A stretch of DNA of 55,682 nucleotides from Acidobacteriota bacterium (GTDB lineage: Bacteria; Acidobacteriota; UBA4820; DSQY01). The stretch lies in assembly GCA_037445535.1 (NCBI GenBank), contig JBBIKI010000005.1, forward strand, positions 1-55,682, in the 5' to 3' direction. The notes below the pieces were generated by a model, which worked only from the letters and a program-made list of their open reading frames with translations, had not been told where the DNA came from and searched no databases. The position numbers and the translations under genes were made by a program. Shown piece by piece: positions 27,715-36,671 of this stretch; positions within the stretch are counted from its first letter, which is position 1, and every line of letters begins with the position of its first letter.

Positions 27715-28486
27715 CATCCGCGACCTGCGGGTGAGCATCGAGGACGGAGAAAACGAGAAGGAGATTCTCAAGGGAATCGACTTGGCCATTCCGGCGGGGG
27801 AGATTCACGTCATCATGGGTCCCAACGGTAGCGGCAAAAGCACGCTCGCCCAGACCCTCATGGGCCACCCCAAGTACAAGGTCACGGCGGGGACCGTGAG
27901 CCTTCTGGGAGAAGACCTCCTGGCCATGAAGGTGTACGAGCGGGCACGCAAAGGCCTCTTCCTGGCCTATCAGTATCCCGTTGAGGTCCCCGGTGTCACC
28001 CTGGCGCACTTTCTCTGGAACGCCCACCAGGCAAAACTGCAGGCGACGCAGCCCGAGGCAAAGAAGGACCCTAAAGCCGTTCTCGCCTTCCGAAAGCACC
28101 TCAACTCGGCCCTTGAAACCCTCAAAATGGGGCCCGATTTTTCGACCCGGCATCTCAACGTGGGGGCTTCCGGGGGAGAAAAGAAGCGCATCGAGATCGC
28201 TCAAATGGAGGTCCTGGAGCCTAAGGTGGTTCTCATGGACGAGATCGACTCGGGCCTTGATATCGACTCCACCAAGGTGGTGGCCAAGGCGATCCACGCC
28301 ATGAAGAAGCCAGGCTTCACGGCCCTGATCATCACCCACTACCCGCGCATTTTGGAATACCTGCAGCCCGACCGGGTCCATGTCATGGCCTCGGGCAAGG
28401 TCCTCTGCTCCCGCGGCATGGAACTCGCCCGCGAACTCGAGCAGAAGGGCTACGACTGGATCCTCAAGGAATACAACGCGAGCTGA
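27695..28486 (+). CDS. sufC: Fe-S assembly ATPase SufC
   Basis: MGPNGSGKST, LAYQYPVEVPGV, SGGEKKRIE, DEIDSGLDID, IITHY. Confidence 0.96.
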   Translation: MPELALDIRDLRVSIEDGENEKEILKGIDLAIPAGEIHVIMGPNGSGKSTLAQTLMGHPKYKVTAGTVSLLGEDLLAMKVYERARKGLFLAYQYPVEVPGVTLAHFLWNAHQAKLQATQPEAKKDPKAVLAFRKHLNSALETLKMGPDFSTRHLNVGASGGEKKRIEIAQMEVLEPKVVLMDEIDSGLDIDSTKVVAKAIHAMKKPGFTALIITHYPRILEYLQPDRVHVMASGKVLCSRGMELARELEQKGYDWILKEYNAS

Positions 28487-28492
28487 GTGGAA

Positions 28493-28600
28493 TTCACCAC
28501 AAAGGCGCCAAAACACGAAGGGGAGCCTGAAGTGAAACATAGAACCTGCCATCAAAATGCTGAACATTCTTTCTTGGTGCCTTCGTGTCTTGGTGGTTGG
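28493..28600. repeat. REP-like inverted-repeat element (CACnAAG-periodic arms) between sufC and sufB
   Basis: Left arm TTCACCACAAAGGCGCCAAAACACGAAG; right arm CTTGGTGCCTTCGTGTCTTGGTGGTT; a related arm occurs near 47810-47836. Confidence 0.6.
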
Positions 28601-28633
28601 AATGCATTCTTTTCCCTCTCTTAGGAGGGTTCG

Positions 28634-30040
28634 ATGAGCGACGAAGCGCGCGGCGCGCTGGACATAGACCAGAGCAAGTATGACTTCAGGGATCCGGAGG
28701 TCTCGGTGTACCGGTCCGCCAAGGGACTCACCCGGGAAACGATCCTTGACATCTCGGCCCACAAGAAAGAGCCGGAATGGATGCGGGACATCCGCCTGCG
28801 AGCCTACGAGGTTTTCCAGGCCAAACCCATGCCCAGGTGGGGAGGCGACCTCTCGGAGATGGACTTCGACGCCTATACTTACTACATCAAACCCACGGAC
28901 AAGCGGGAGGATGAGTGGGGCGACGTTCCCGAGGACATCCGCAAGACCTTCGACCGCCTGGGCGTGCCTGAGGCGGAGCGTAAGTTCCTCGCGGGCGTGG
29001 GGGCCCAGTACGAATCGGAGATGGTGTATCACTCCATCCGGGAGGATCTGGCCAAGAAGGGAGTCCTGTTCCTGGACACGGAGTCCGGCCTCAGGGAGCA
29101 CCCGGAGCTCTTCCGCAAGTATTTCGGTACCCTCGTTCCGCCCGAAGACAATAAGTTCGCGGCCCTCAACACGGCGTGCTGGTCAGGCGGCAGTTTCATT
29201 TACGTTCCCAAGGGCGTGAAGCTGGACATCCCCTTGCAGGCCTACTTCCGAATCAACTCGGAGAACATGGGCCAGTTCGAACGGACCATCATCATCGCCG
29301 ACGAGGGGTCGGATCTGCACTACATCGAGGGCTGCACGGCGCCCCAGTACTCCACCCGCTCCCTGCACACGGGCGTCATTGAAATCTTCGTGCACCAAGG
29401 GGCCAAGGTCCGCTACACCACCATCCAAAACTGGTCCCACAACATCTACAACCTCGTGACCCAGCGCGCCATCGCCTACGAAAACGCTACCATGGAATGG
29501 GTGGACGGCAACATGGGATCCAGGCTCACCATGAAATACCCCTCCATTTACCTGGTGGGCGAGGGGGCGCGGGGCAACGTCCTCTCCATCGCCTTCGCCA
29601 CGAGCGGCCAGCACCAGGACGCGGGAACCAAGATCATCCACAAGGCCCCCAACACCACCTCCACGATCTTGAGCAAGTCCATCAGCCGGGGCACGGGGAG
29701 AACCTCGTACAGGGGCCTCCTCAAAGTGGCCAAGGGTGCCACTGGAGTCAAGGCGAGCGTCAAGTGCGACGCCCTCATGCTGAGCCCCGAGAGCCGTTCG
29801 GACACTTACCCAACCATGGAGATCGACGAGGACCAGGTGTCCATCGCCCATGAGGCCACGGTAGGCAAAATCAACGACGACCAGATCTTCTACCTCATGT
29901 CGCGGGGCCTGAGCGAGCAGGACGCCACCTCCATGATTGTGCAGGGGTTCATCGAGCCCTTCGCCAAGCAGATGCCCATGGAATACGCCATCGAACTCAA
30001 CCGGCTGATCCAACTGGAGATGGAAGGAGCGGTGGGATGA
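28634..30040 (+). CDS. sufB: Fe-S assembly scaffold SufB
   Basis: [50 protein letters not shown]. Confidence 0.97.
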   Translation: MSDEARGALDIDQSKYDFRDPEVSVYRSAKGLTRETILDISAHKKEPEWMRDIRLRAYEVFQAKPMPRWGGDLSEMDFDAYTYYIKPTDKREDEWGDVPEDIRKTFDRLGVPEAERKFLAGVGAQYESEMVYHSIREDLAKKGVLFLDTESGLREHPELFRKYFGTLVPPEDNKFAALNTACWSGGSFIYVPKGVKLDIPLQAYFRINSENMGQFERTIIIADEGSDLHYIEGCTAPQYSTRSLHTGVIEIFVHQGAKVRYTTIQNWSHNIYNLVTQRAIAYENATMEWVDGNMGSRLTMKYPSIYLVGEGARGNVLSIAFATSGQHQDAGTKIIHKAPNTTSTILSKSISRGTGRTSYRGLLKVAKGATGVKASVKCDALMLSPESRSDTYPTMEIDEDQVSIAHEATVGKINDDQIFYLMSRGLSEQDATSMIVQGFIEPFAKQMPMEYAIELNRLIQLEMEGAVG

Positions 30041-31257
30041 TGCTGTCCGTAGCCAAACAGAACCCCTCGCCCCTGGGCAGCTCCGTTTCCCTCACGCTCG
30101 AGAGGCTTCTTCCCGAAGGCCGCTTCCAGGCCGAACCGGATTGGCTCGCGGCTCTTCGGAAAGACCACTTCGCCCGGTTCATGGAAGGAGACCATTCCTT
30201 CGGCAGGTACTCCCGGCTCAAGACGGACTGGACCGCTCTCACTCCGGTAGCGCCGCAGTTTCATTTGTCCGGCGGGGCGGACGGGGGAATGCTTCCGGTG
30301 CCTGGAACCGGACCCTTGGTGCGAAGGCTGGCCGACGCTCTGCGCGCAGAGACGGGCGAGCACCTTCCCGGCCATCTCAAGGCCCTGACCACGTGGGACC
30401 ACTTGGTCCTGGCGGGCTGGCAGGACGGGGTGGCCGTGAGCTGGCCCTCAGGATCAGAAGCCGCCGACCTACCCGGAATCGTCTTTGAAAACCCAGGCGG
30501 GCTGGTTTTGGAGCCTCTCCTCCTGGAGGTGGCCCCGCGGCAGGAGGCGACCCTGTTCGTCCGCTGGACGGGAGGAGGGCCTCCCGCCCTGCACCTCAGC
30601 TCTCTCATGGGGAACGTGGGGGAAGGGGCCTCCCTCAAGGTGTTCCTCCTCCATGACTGCGAAGGCCTCCACCACCACCTCTCGAACCAGCTCCAGCTCG
30701 GCCGGGACGCGTCCGTGGAAGTGTTCACTGCGTGGACGGCGGGCAAATGGACCGTGGCCAGGTGGGCCGCAGACCTGGCCCAGCCCGGAGCCGAATGGCG
30801 CGAGACCCACCTCATCTTCACCTCTGGAAAGGATCATCTGGACGTGGACAGCCAGGTCCGGCTCGCCTCCCACCACACCCACTGCGATGTCCAGGTCAAA
30901 ACCGTGGCCACGGAAAGCTCCCGGGCCATTTTCACGGGAGACATCATCATGGCGAAGGAGGCGGTTCAGAGCGAGGCCTACTTGGCGGATCACGTCCTGC
31001 TTCTGTCCAAGGGCGCCCGGGCCGATTCCATCCCCGGTTTGGAAATCAAGGCTGCGGACGTGAAGGCGTCCCACGCGGCGAGCGTGGGCCAGGTGGACGA
31101 AGAGCAGCTTTTCTATCTCGAGAGCCGGGGACTGGACCCGGCTTCCGCCCGCCACCTCATCGTGGTGGGCTTTCTCGAAAGCCTGCTGGACCGAGCACCC
31201 GTCTCCTTCGTCTCCGAAATGCTCGGGCCCATCCTCGAAGGAAAGGTGACGGCATGA
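30037..31257 (+). CDS. sufD: Fe-S assembly protein SufD (divergent N-terminus)
   Basis: C-terminal RAIFTG...[37 protein letters not shown]. Confidence 0.88.
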   Translation: MMLSVAKQNPSPLGSSVSLTLERLLPEGRFQAEPDWLAALRKDHFARFMEGDHSFGRYSRLKTDWTALTPVAPQFHLSGGADGGMLPVPGTGPLVRRLADALRAETGEHLPGHLKALTTWDHLVLAGWQDGVAVSWPSGSEAADLPGIVFENPGGLVLEPLLLEVAPRQEATLFVRWTGGGPPALHLSSLMGNVGEGASLKVFLLHDCEGLHHHLSNQLQLGRDASVEVFTAWTAGKWTVARWAADLAQPGAEWRETHLIFTSGKDHLDVDSQVRLASHHTHCDVQVKTVATESSRAIFTGDIIMAKEAVQSEAYLADHVLLLSKGARADSIPGLEIKAADVKASHAASVGQVDEEQLFYLESRGLDPASARHLIVVGFLESLLDRAPVSFVSEMLGPILEGKVTA

Positions 31258-31679
31258 CGGCGCCCAATCCCAACGATCTCCTCGACGTCGATCCCTTGAT
31301 GATGGACGTCCTCCTGGACCACTACAAGCATCCCCACAACTTCGGCGCCCTGCCCGGGGCCGACATCGTGCACGCCGAAGGCAACCCGTCCTGTGGCGAC
31401 CAGATGGAGATCGCCATCAAAACGAAGGATGGAACCATCGAGGACATCCGCTTTCAGGGCAAGGGGTGCATCATCAGCCAGGCGGCTGCTTCCATCCTCA
31501 CGGACATGATGAAGGGGGAGCGCCTCGACCGGGTCCGCGAACTGACCAAGGACGACATGCTGGAGAACATCGGGATCCCCATCGGCCCCATGAGGCTCAA
31601 GTGCGCCCTCCTGGCCCTGAAGGTGCTCAAGGCTGGCGTTTACGGGCAGGCCGAATGGCCCGGCGAAGAAGAAGACTGA
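31254..31679 (+). CDS. sufU: SufU/IscU-family scaffold or sulfur-transfer protein
   Basis: ATG 31254 overlaps the sufD stop; LLDHYKHPHN, GNPSCGD, GCIISQAAAS, RLKCALL. Confidence 0.93.
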   Translation: MTAPNPNDLLDVDPLMMDVLLDHYKHPHNFGALPGADIVHAEGNPSCGDQMEIAIKTKDGTIEDIRFQGKGCIISQAAASILTDMMKGERLDRVRELTKDDMLENIGIPIGPMRLKCALLALKVLKAGVYGQAEWPGEEED

Positions 31680-31696
31680 CTAGGGTCAAGGAGTGA

Positions 31697-32014
31697 ATGA
31701 TGGCTGAGTGGATAGAAGTCGCCAAGCTGGAAGAGATTGGTCCAGGCGGGAAACACGCGCTCCTTGGTGAAGAAGAAATCCTCCTTGTCCGGCAGGGTGA
31801 TACAGTGTACGTGTTAAGCTACTTGTGCAGCCACCAAGATATGGAGCTTGAGGGCGGCTACGCCGAGGGAGACGGGTGGGTTTGCCCTCACCATGGCGCC
31901 CGTTTCTCTTTAAAGACCGGAGAAGCCCTGTCCATGCCCGCGGTAGACCCGGTCCGGAGCTACCCCGTGAAGGTTGAGTCGGGCAAGGTTTTCGTGCAGG
32001 AGCCAGCCCTATGA
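31697..32014 (+). CDS. Rieske-type [2Fe-2S] ferredoxin
   Basis: CSH...CPHHGARF Rieske ligands; typical of suf operons. Confidence 0.92.
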   Translation: MMAEWIEVAKLEEIGPGGKHALLGEEEILLVRQGDTVYVLSYLCSHQDMELEGGYAEGDGWVCPHHGARFSLKTGEALSMPAVDPVRSYPVKVESGKVFVQEPAL

Positions 32015-33270
32015 GCGAATCTCTCCTCCGCACCGTTCCTGCTGAGGGATTTGACGTAGCCCGCATTCGAATGGACTTCCCCATCCTCCAACGGCGGATT
32101 CACGACCACCCCTTGGTGTATCTCGACAACGCCGCTACCACCCAGCGCCCCCTCCAAATGGTGGAGGCCATGAACCGCTATTACCTCGAGTATAACGCTA
32201 ACATTCACAGGGCAATCCACACTCTCGGCTACGAATCAACCGTGGCCTACGAGGACGCCCACAAGAAGGTCGCACGCTTCATCAACGCCCGGTCGTGGCG
32301 GGAGATCCTCTTCGTCCGCAACGCCACGGAAGCCCTGAACCTCGTGGCCATGACCTGGGGAAAAGCCAACCTAAGGGCAGGGGACGAGGTCGTGGTGAGC
32401 CTCATGGAGCACCACAGCAACATCGTGCCCTGGCAGATGCTCAGGGACGGTCTCGGCATCATCCTCAAGTTCATCCCGGTGACGAGTGACGGCGTCCTTG
32501 ACGTGGAAGCGGCCGGCCGGTTGATCACACCCAAGACCAAGCTCGTGGGGCTCGTGCACGCGAGCAATGTCCTGGGCGCTGTCAATCCCGTGAGCGAGGT
32601 GCGGGACCTGGCCCGGCACGTGGGCGCCCTCTTCCTCCTGGACGGGGCTCAGTCCATTCCGCACATGGCCGTGGACGTGCAGGCCCTTGACTGCGACTTC
32701 TTCGCCGCCTCGGGTCACAAGATGCTGGGACCTACGGGCATCGGGTTCCTCTACGGCAAGAAAAACCTCCTCCAAACCATGCCGCCGTTCCTCACGGGCG
32801 GGGACATGATTGCAACGGTGAGCCAGGAGGCATCCACCTGGAATGAGCTTCCATGGAAATTCGAGGCGGGGACGAGCGCCGTGGCCGAAGGGATCGGGTT
32901 GGGCGCGGCTGTAGACTATCTCACCACCTTGGGCATGGATACTATTTACCAGTATGAGAAAGAACTTGGGGATTACGCCCTGCAAAAGCTGCGTAATGTT
33001 CCTGGGCTAAACCTCTACGGACATGAGCGAGGGGAATCCCTGGCGGTCTTCTCCTTCAATCTCGATGGAATCCATCCTCACGACGGGGCCAACGCCCTGG
33101 ATCGCTTCGGCATCGCTGTTCGGTCTGGGCATCACTGTGCCCAGCCCCTCATGAACCGCCTGGGCATGGACAATACCCTGCGAGCCTCGTTCTACCTGTA
33201 CAACACGAAGGCCGAAGTGGACCTCCTGGTGGACGCCCTCGGAGAGATCAAGAAGCTGTTCAGGGCCTGA
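32011..33270 (+). CDS. sufS: Cysteine desulfurase SufS (group II; family includes selenocysteine lyases)
   Basis: YLDNAATTQ, EHHSNIVPW, DGAQ, SGHKMLGPTG, RSGHHCAQP. Confidence 0.97.
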   Translation: MSESLLRTVPAEGFDVARIRMDFPILQRRIHDHPLVYLDNAATTQRPLQMVEAMNRYYLEYNANIHRAIHTLGYESTVAYEDAHKKVARFINARSWREILFVRNATEALNLVAMTWGKANLRAGDEVVVSLMEHHSNIVPWQMLRDGLGIILKFIPVTSDGVLDVEAAGRLITPKTKLVGLVHASNVLGAVNPVSEVRDLARHVGALFLLDGAQSIPHMAVDVQALDCDFFAASGHKMLGPTGIGFLYGKKNLLQTMPPFLTGGDMIATVSQEASTWNELPWKFEAGTSAVAEGIGLGAAVDYLTTLGMDTIYQYEKELGDYALQKLRNVPGLNLYGHERGESLAVFSFNLDGIHPHDGANALDRFGIAVRSGHHCAQPLMNRLGMDNTLRASFYLYNTKAEVDLLVDALGEIKKLFRA

Positions 33271-33338
33271 GCATGAAGGCGCCCGTTACCGTTGCCGGCC
33301 TGGCGCATCTCTGGTAGCCTGAACAGGAGGCGGACTCC

Positions 33339-33527
33339 ATGAACGTCGACCGAGTTGTTCGCGCTATCGCCGGAACTTTCGTGCTCGTTTCCCTCGCCCT
33401 CGGGCACTGGGTCCATCCGTACTGGTACTTTTTTACGGCCTTCGTGGGTTTGAACCTCTTCCAGTCGGCCTTTACCAACTGGTGTCCCGTTATCACGATT
33501 TTGAAGAAAGCAGGTGTGCCTCAATGA
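33339..33527 (+). CDS. DUF2892 (YgaP-like) small membrane protein
   Basis: DRVVRAIAG...[16 protein letters not shown]; AGGAGG RBS. Confidence 0.88.
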   Translation: MNVDRVVRAIAGTFVLVSLALGHWVHPYWYFFTAFVGLNLFQSAFTNWCPVITILKKAGVPQ

Positions 33528-33706
33528 CCTTGCATGATGCCCTCGCCATGGGAGCCATTCTCGTGGCGTGGTATCTCCTGAACCGGTTTCTCTTACCAAA
33601 AATGGGGGTGTCTACCTGAATGTCGCAATCCTGTGGGGTCGGGTCCGGCCCCGAGCATGATTCAAGGAGGAAGTCCGATGTCGGCAAACGTGATGGAGAT
33701 CAATGA
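33524..33706 (+). CDS. Unannotated single-pass membrane microprotein; 31 aa if TGA 33617-33619 is a stop, 60 aa candidate selenoprotein if it is read as Sec
   Basis: ATGA overlap with the DUF2892 stop. Sequence [31 protein letters not shown]-(TGA)[28 protein letters not shown]; SECIS-like hairpin at 33635-33652. Confidence 0.6.
33635..33652 (+). promoter_or_regulatory. Candidate bacterial SECIS element
   Basis: Stem GGGGTCG/CGGCCCC (7 bp, one G-U) with a GGTC loop starting 22 nt after the in-frame TGA. Confidence 0.55.
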
Positions 33707-34004
33707 CCAAACCTTCCAGGCGGAGGTTCTGAATTCTGCAACGCCCGTCCTCGTGGACTTCTGGGCTCCCTGGTGCGGCCCCTGCCGCATGGTCGGTCCC
33801 GTGGTTGAGGAGCTGGCCACTGAAATGGCCGGGAAGGTAAAATTCACCAAGGTAAACGTGGACGAAAGCCAGGCCTTTGCTGGCCAGTACGGTATCATGT
33901 CCATTCCTGCCCTCCTCCTGTTCAAGGGCGGGAAGGTCGTCCAGCAGCACGTGGGCGCCCTACCTAAGGCGGCACTTAAGAGCTTACTGGAAAAGGCCCT
34001 GTAA
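33678..34004 (+). CDS. trxA: Thioredoxin
   Basis: VLVDFWAPWCGPCR, IMSIP; AAGGAGG RBS before ATG 33678. Confidence 0.97.
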   Translation: MSANVMEINDQTFQAEVLNSATPVLVDFWAPWCGPCRMVGPVVEELATEMAGKVKFTKVNVDESQAFAGQYGIMSIPALLLFKGGKVVQQHVGALPKAALKSLLEKAL

Positions 34005-34034
34005 TATAAGGTGTTTTTCTTGGGGATATGACGT

Positions 34035-34256
34035 ATGCCCATCTACGAGTATCACTGCAATGCCTGCGGCGTTCGCTACGAGAAGATCGTCTTCTCGACG
34101 GCGGCTGCCGCCCCGTCTTGCCCGAGTTGCGGCTCTACTCAGGTGGAGAAACTCATCTCCGTTCCTGGAGGCATGAGCGGAGGATCAAGCTCAGGTCCCT
34201 CCTGCGGCGCCTCTAGCTCGGGGAGCTGCGGCTCTGGCTTTAGCTGAGCGGGCTGA
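34035..34256 (+). CDS. FmdB-family zinc-ribbon protein; ends at 34247 if TGA is a stop, or ...CGSGFS-U-AG* as a candidate selenoprotein
   Basis: MPIYEYHCNACG...CPSCGS...KLIS plus a Gly/Ser/Cys tail. TGA at 34245-47 is followed by GCG GGC TGA and a SECIS-like hairpin. Confidence 0.85.
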
Positions 34257-34260
34257 ACCC

Positions 34261-34277
34261 TGGTGCCGTGAGCACCA
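34261..34277 (+). promoter_or_regulatory. Candidate bacterial SECIS element
   Basis: Stem TGGTGC/GCACCA with a CGTGA loop (G then U at loop positions 2-3) starting 19 nt after TGA 34245-47; distinct from the downstream terminator. Confidence 0.55.
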
Positions 34278-34297
34278 ACGTCGTGTAACGCGCCCAC

Positions 34298-34330
34298 AAC
34301 GGGGAGCCTAAGAAGCTCCTCGTTTTTCTT
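34298..34330 (+). terminator. Intrinsic terminator of the suf/trx/fmdB transcript
   Basis: AACGGGGAGC-ctaagaa-GCTCCTCGTT followed by TTTCTT. Confidence 0.75.
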
Positions 34331-34971
34331 ATATATCCAAGCTGTTAGCACTCATTAGTTTAGGCCATACCTTACGTATTTGCACCGACATCGCCAGCGG
34401 CCTAGCTTTGCCATACCCAGAGCCCTACAGGACACACAAAAGGGGAGTGCCGCGCACAGGTTCAACGTCCGTGACGGTGCCGGCAAGTTTGCTCGAATAG
34501 GAAATCTCTTCCTGGGACGCTACGCGGCGCGAACGAGTGGCAGGACACCACCGGCCAGGTAGAGATCTCCCGCGCGGTGGCCAGCGAAGGCCTCGAACAG
34601 CCGCCCGGTAACGAAGCCTTCTTGGAGGAAGAGCCCGTTGGAGCTGGTGAAGAAGAATGAGCGCCGAACCCACTGGCTGCGTTTGGATAGTGTACGCAAG
34701 GGCGCCCTACGCCCCCCACTTTGTTTTCTACAATGTCTGATAAGATATATTATGTTAAATGCTATTGGCCTGCGCCCCAATCCGGCGCTGATCGCGGCCC
34801 ATGAAAAGTTTTTAGCGTTGAATATTGAGATGATGACAAGGATAGATTTAGATCGCCAGCCTTGCCTGCTGCTCCCCTATTCTGAGCGTTTAAGTTTGAC
34901 AGTTGATAGGCCTACCCAGAGTATGCGAGCTGCCCGTGGCGGTGATTTTACCTCTCTATAGACCTCAACTT

Positions 34972-35604
34972 TCAACTCTCAATCGTCTCATCCATAAGCT
35001 GAATCATGGCGTCGCGAAGGTTGCGAATCCCACGGTTCAGTTGAGGCAATGATGTGGCGAGCGTGTAGCCTGGCGTCAGCAGGCGCCGGTTTTCCCGGTC
35101 CACGAGGATTTCCTCCGGTCCCAGGTCGAAGCAGCCCTGGTCACCCGGCCAAGGGCCGAAGAGGGCCGTCAGAAGAAACTCCGACAGGGAAATGGCCCCG
35201 AGAACGGCACCGGCCTTGTGGCACCCCTCTAGAAATTCCTGGATGGGAGGAAGGACCCCGGGGTCTTCCTTAGGATTAAAGTTTTGCATTAGGCTTTTAA
35301 CTGGACCTTGTCCTCCTGGAAGGATTAAACCGTCCAGCAACTTCGGCGAAATCTCCTCGATGATCCATAATTTCCCCCGCACGAGCCGGGCCGATTCCAG
35401 CATCATCTTGCGGGATTCGCCTTCCACTTCCTGGCCCGTGGTGGGATCTACCACGTGGAACTGATGTGCATCAAGGACGAGGGGAACCACCTCAATCCCC
35501 GCCTCCTGAAAGGCGAGCATGGCGAGTACCGATTCGTGCGGGTCCGATCCGTCGTAGGCTCCGCAGCCCGTGAGGAGAATGCCGACGCGCCGCTTCAAGG
35601 GCAC
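34972..35604 (-). CDS. ElbB/ES1-like DJ-1/PfpI superfamily protein
   Basis: GILLTGCGAYDGSDPHESV, ESARLVRG, LILPGG, LLTPGY; the nucleophile elbow reads GAISLS. Confidence 0.8.
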   Translation of the reverse strand: MPLKRRVGILLTGCGAYDGSDPHESVLAMLAFQEAGIEVVPLVLDAHQFHVVDPTTGQEVEGESRKMMLESARLVRGKLWIIEEISPKLLDGLILPGGQGPVKSLMQNFNPKEDPGVLPPIQEFLEGCHKAGAVLGAISLSEFLLTALFGPWPGDQGCFDLGPEEILVDRENRRLLTPGYTLATSLPQLNRGIRNLRDAMIQLMDETIES

Positions 35605-36584
35605 GGCTCCAGCGCCTCCGTGGCGGCCGGAATCACCAGGGCGATGGCCTCTTCCAGCCTCCGGTCAAGGCGGACCCCGGCGGCATGCGGATGGCCTCCC
35701 CCTCCCCACTGGGATACAAACTGGTCGATGGCGAAATCACCCCGCGAGCGGCACGAGACTTTGGTCATGCCCGTGTCGAGCTCCTTGAAGTAGAACCCCG
35801 CCACCACACCGTCCACCTGCAGGGTGAAATTGACCATGTCGTCGGCGTCCTCCCAGTTCGCCCCTTCCCGGTTCAGCATTGCCCGGTTGATGCACATCCA
35901 GGCCACCTTCCCTCCGGGTGAAAGCTCGAGGGTGGAGAGCACCCGGCCCGTGAGTCTGAGACGCACGGGAGCTTGGCGCTCGAAAATCTCCGTGTAGAGC
36001 CGCTGGGGATCTACCCCCGCCTCCAGGAGGCGGGCCGCGAGCTCGTGGGTGTGAGGGCTCGTTCCGGGGTAGCGGAAGCCCCCCGTGTCCGTGTAGATGG
36101 CCACGTAGATTGGCTCCGCGATGGGCAGGCTCAGGGGAATGTGGAGGCCGTCCAGAAGGCGCGCCGTCACCTCTCCCGTGGCGCAAGCCCCGGTGTCGAC
36201 GATGTACTGAACTCCAGGCATCCTATCCAACCGGTGGTGATCCACCACCACGATGCCCTCGCCGTGGGGCGTGAGGGGAAGCACCGCGCCGAGGCGCTCG
36301 AAGGCCCCCATGTCCAGAACCACCGTGAGGGCCCCCTGGAATTTGGCCCTGGGATTTTTGATGTCGTTGGGCGTGAGGATTTCGTCGGGGCGGCTCAAAA
36401 GAAACTTGTAGTTGGCGGGAACGGGAGTTGGATTGATGAGGGCTACTTCGCACCCCAGGCTACGCAACCCTCTCGCCAGGGCCAACTGGCTGCCTATGCC
36501 GTCTCCGTCCGAGGACATGTGGGTGGTCAGGACGAACTTGCGGTGGGAACGGAAGAGATCGAGGTGGCGATCCGAAAGCTCCAT
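35595..36584 (-). CDS. DHH/DHHA1 phosphoesterase (NrnA-like oligoribonuclease/PAP phosphatase)
   Basis: THMSSDGDGIGS, VVDHHR, TDTGGFRY, GGGGHPHAAG; real start ATG 36584. Confidence 0.92.
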   Translation of the reverse strand: MELSDRHLDLFRSHRKFVLTTHMSSDGDGIGSQLALARGLRSLGCEVALINPTPVPANYKFLLSRPDEILTPNDIKNPRAKFQGALTVVLDMGAFERLGAVLPLTPHGEGIVVVDHHRLDRMPGVQYIVDTGACATGEVTARLLDGLHIPLSLPIAEPIYVAIYTDTGGFRYPGTSPHTHELAARLLEAGVDPQRLYTEIFERQAPVRLRLTGRVLSTLELSPGGKVAWMCINRAMLNREGANWEDADDMVNFTLQVDGVVAGFYFKELDTGMTKVSCRSRGDFAIDQFVSQWGGGGHPHAAGVRLDRRLEEAIALVIPAATEALEPCP

Positions 36585-36671
36585 CGGGACTCCTAATCTT
36601 GAAACTTTACCGGAGCGGCCAGCGCAAAGCAAGGAATCCTGTCGTGATATACTTAAAAAGCGAGGCCGCCG

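Noticed and set aside
34254-34256. Second TGA after FmdB as another Sec codon
   Set aside because: It is only 10 nt from the hairpin loop, too close for typical SECIS spacing, so it is treated as the stop.
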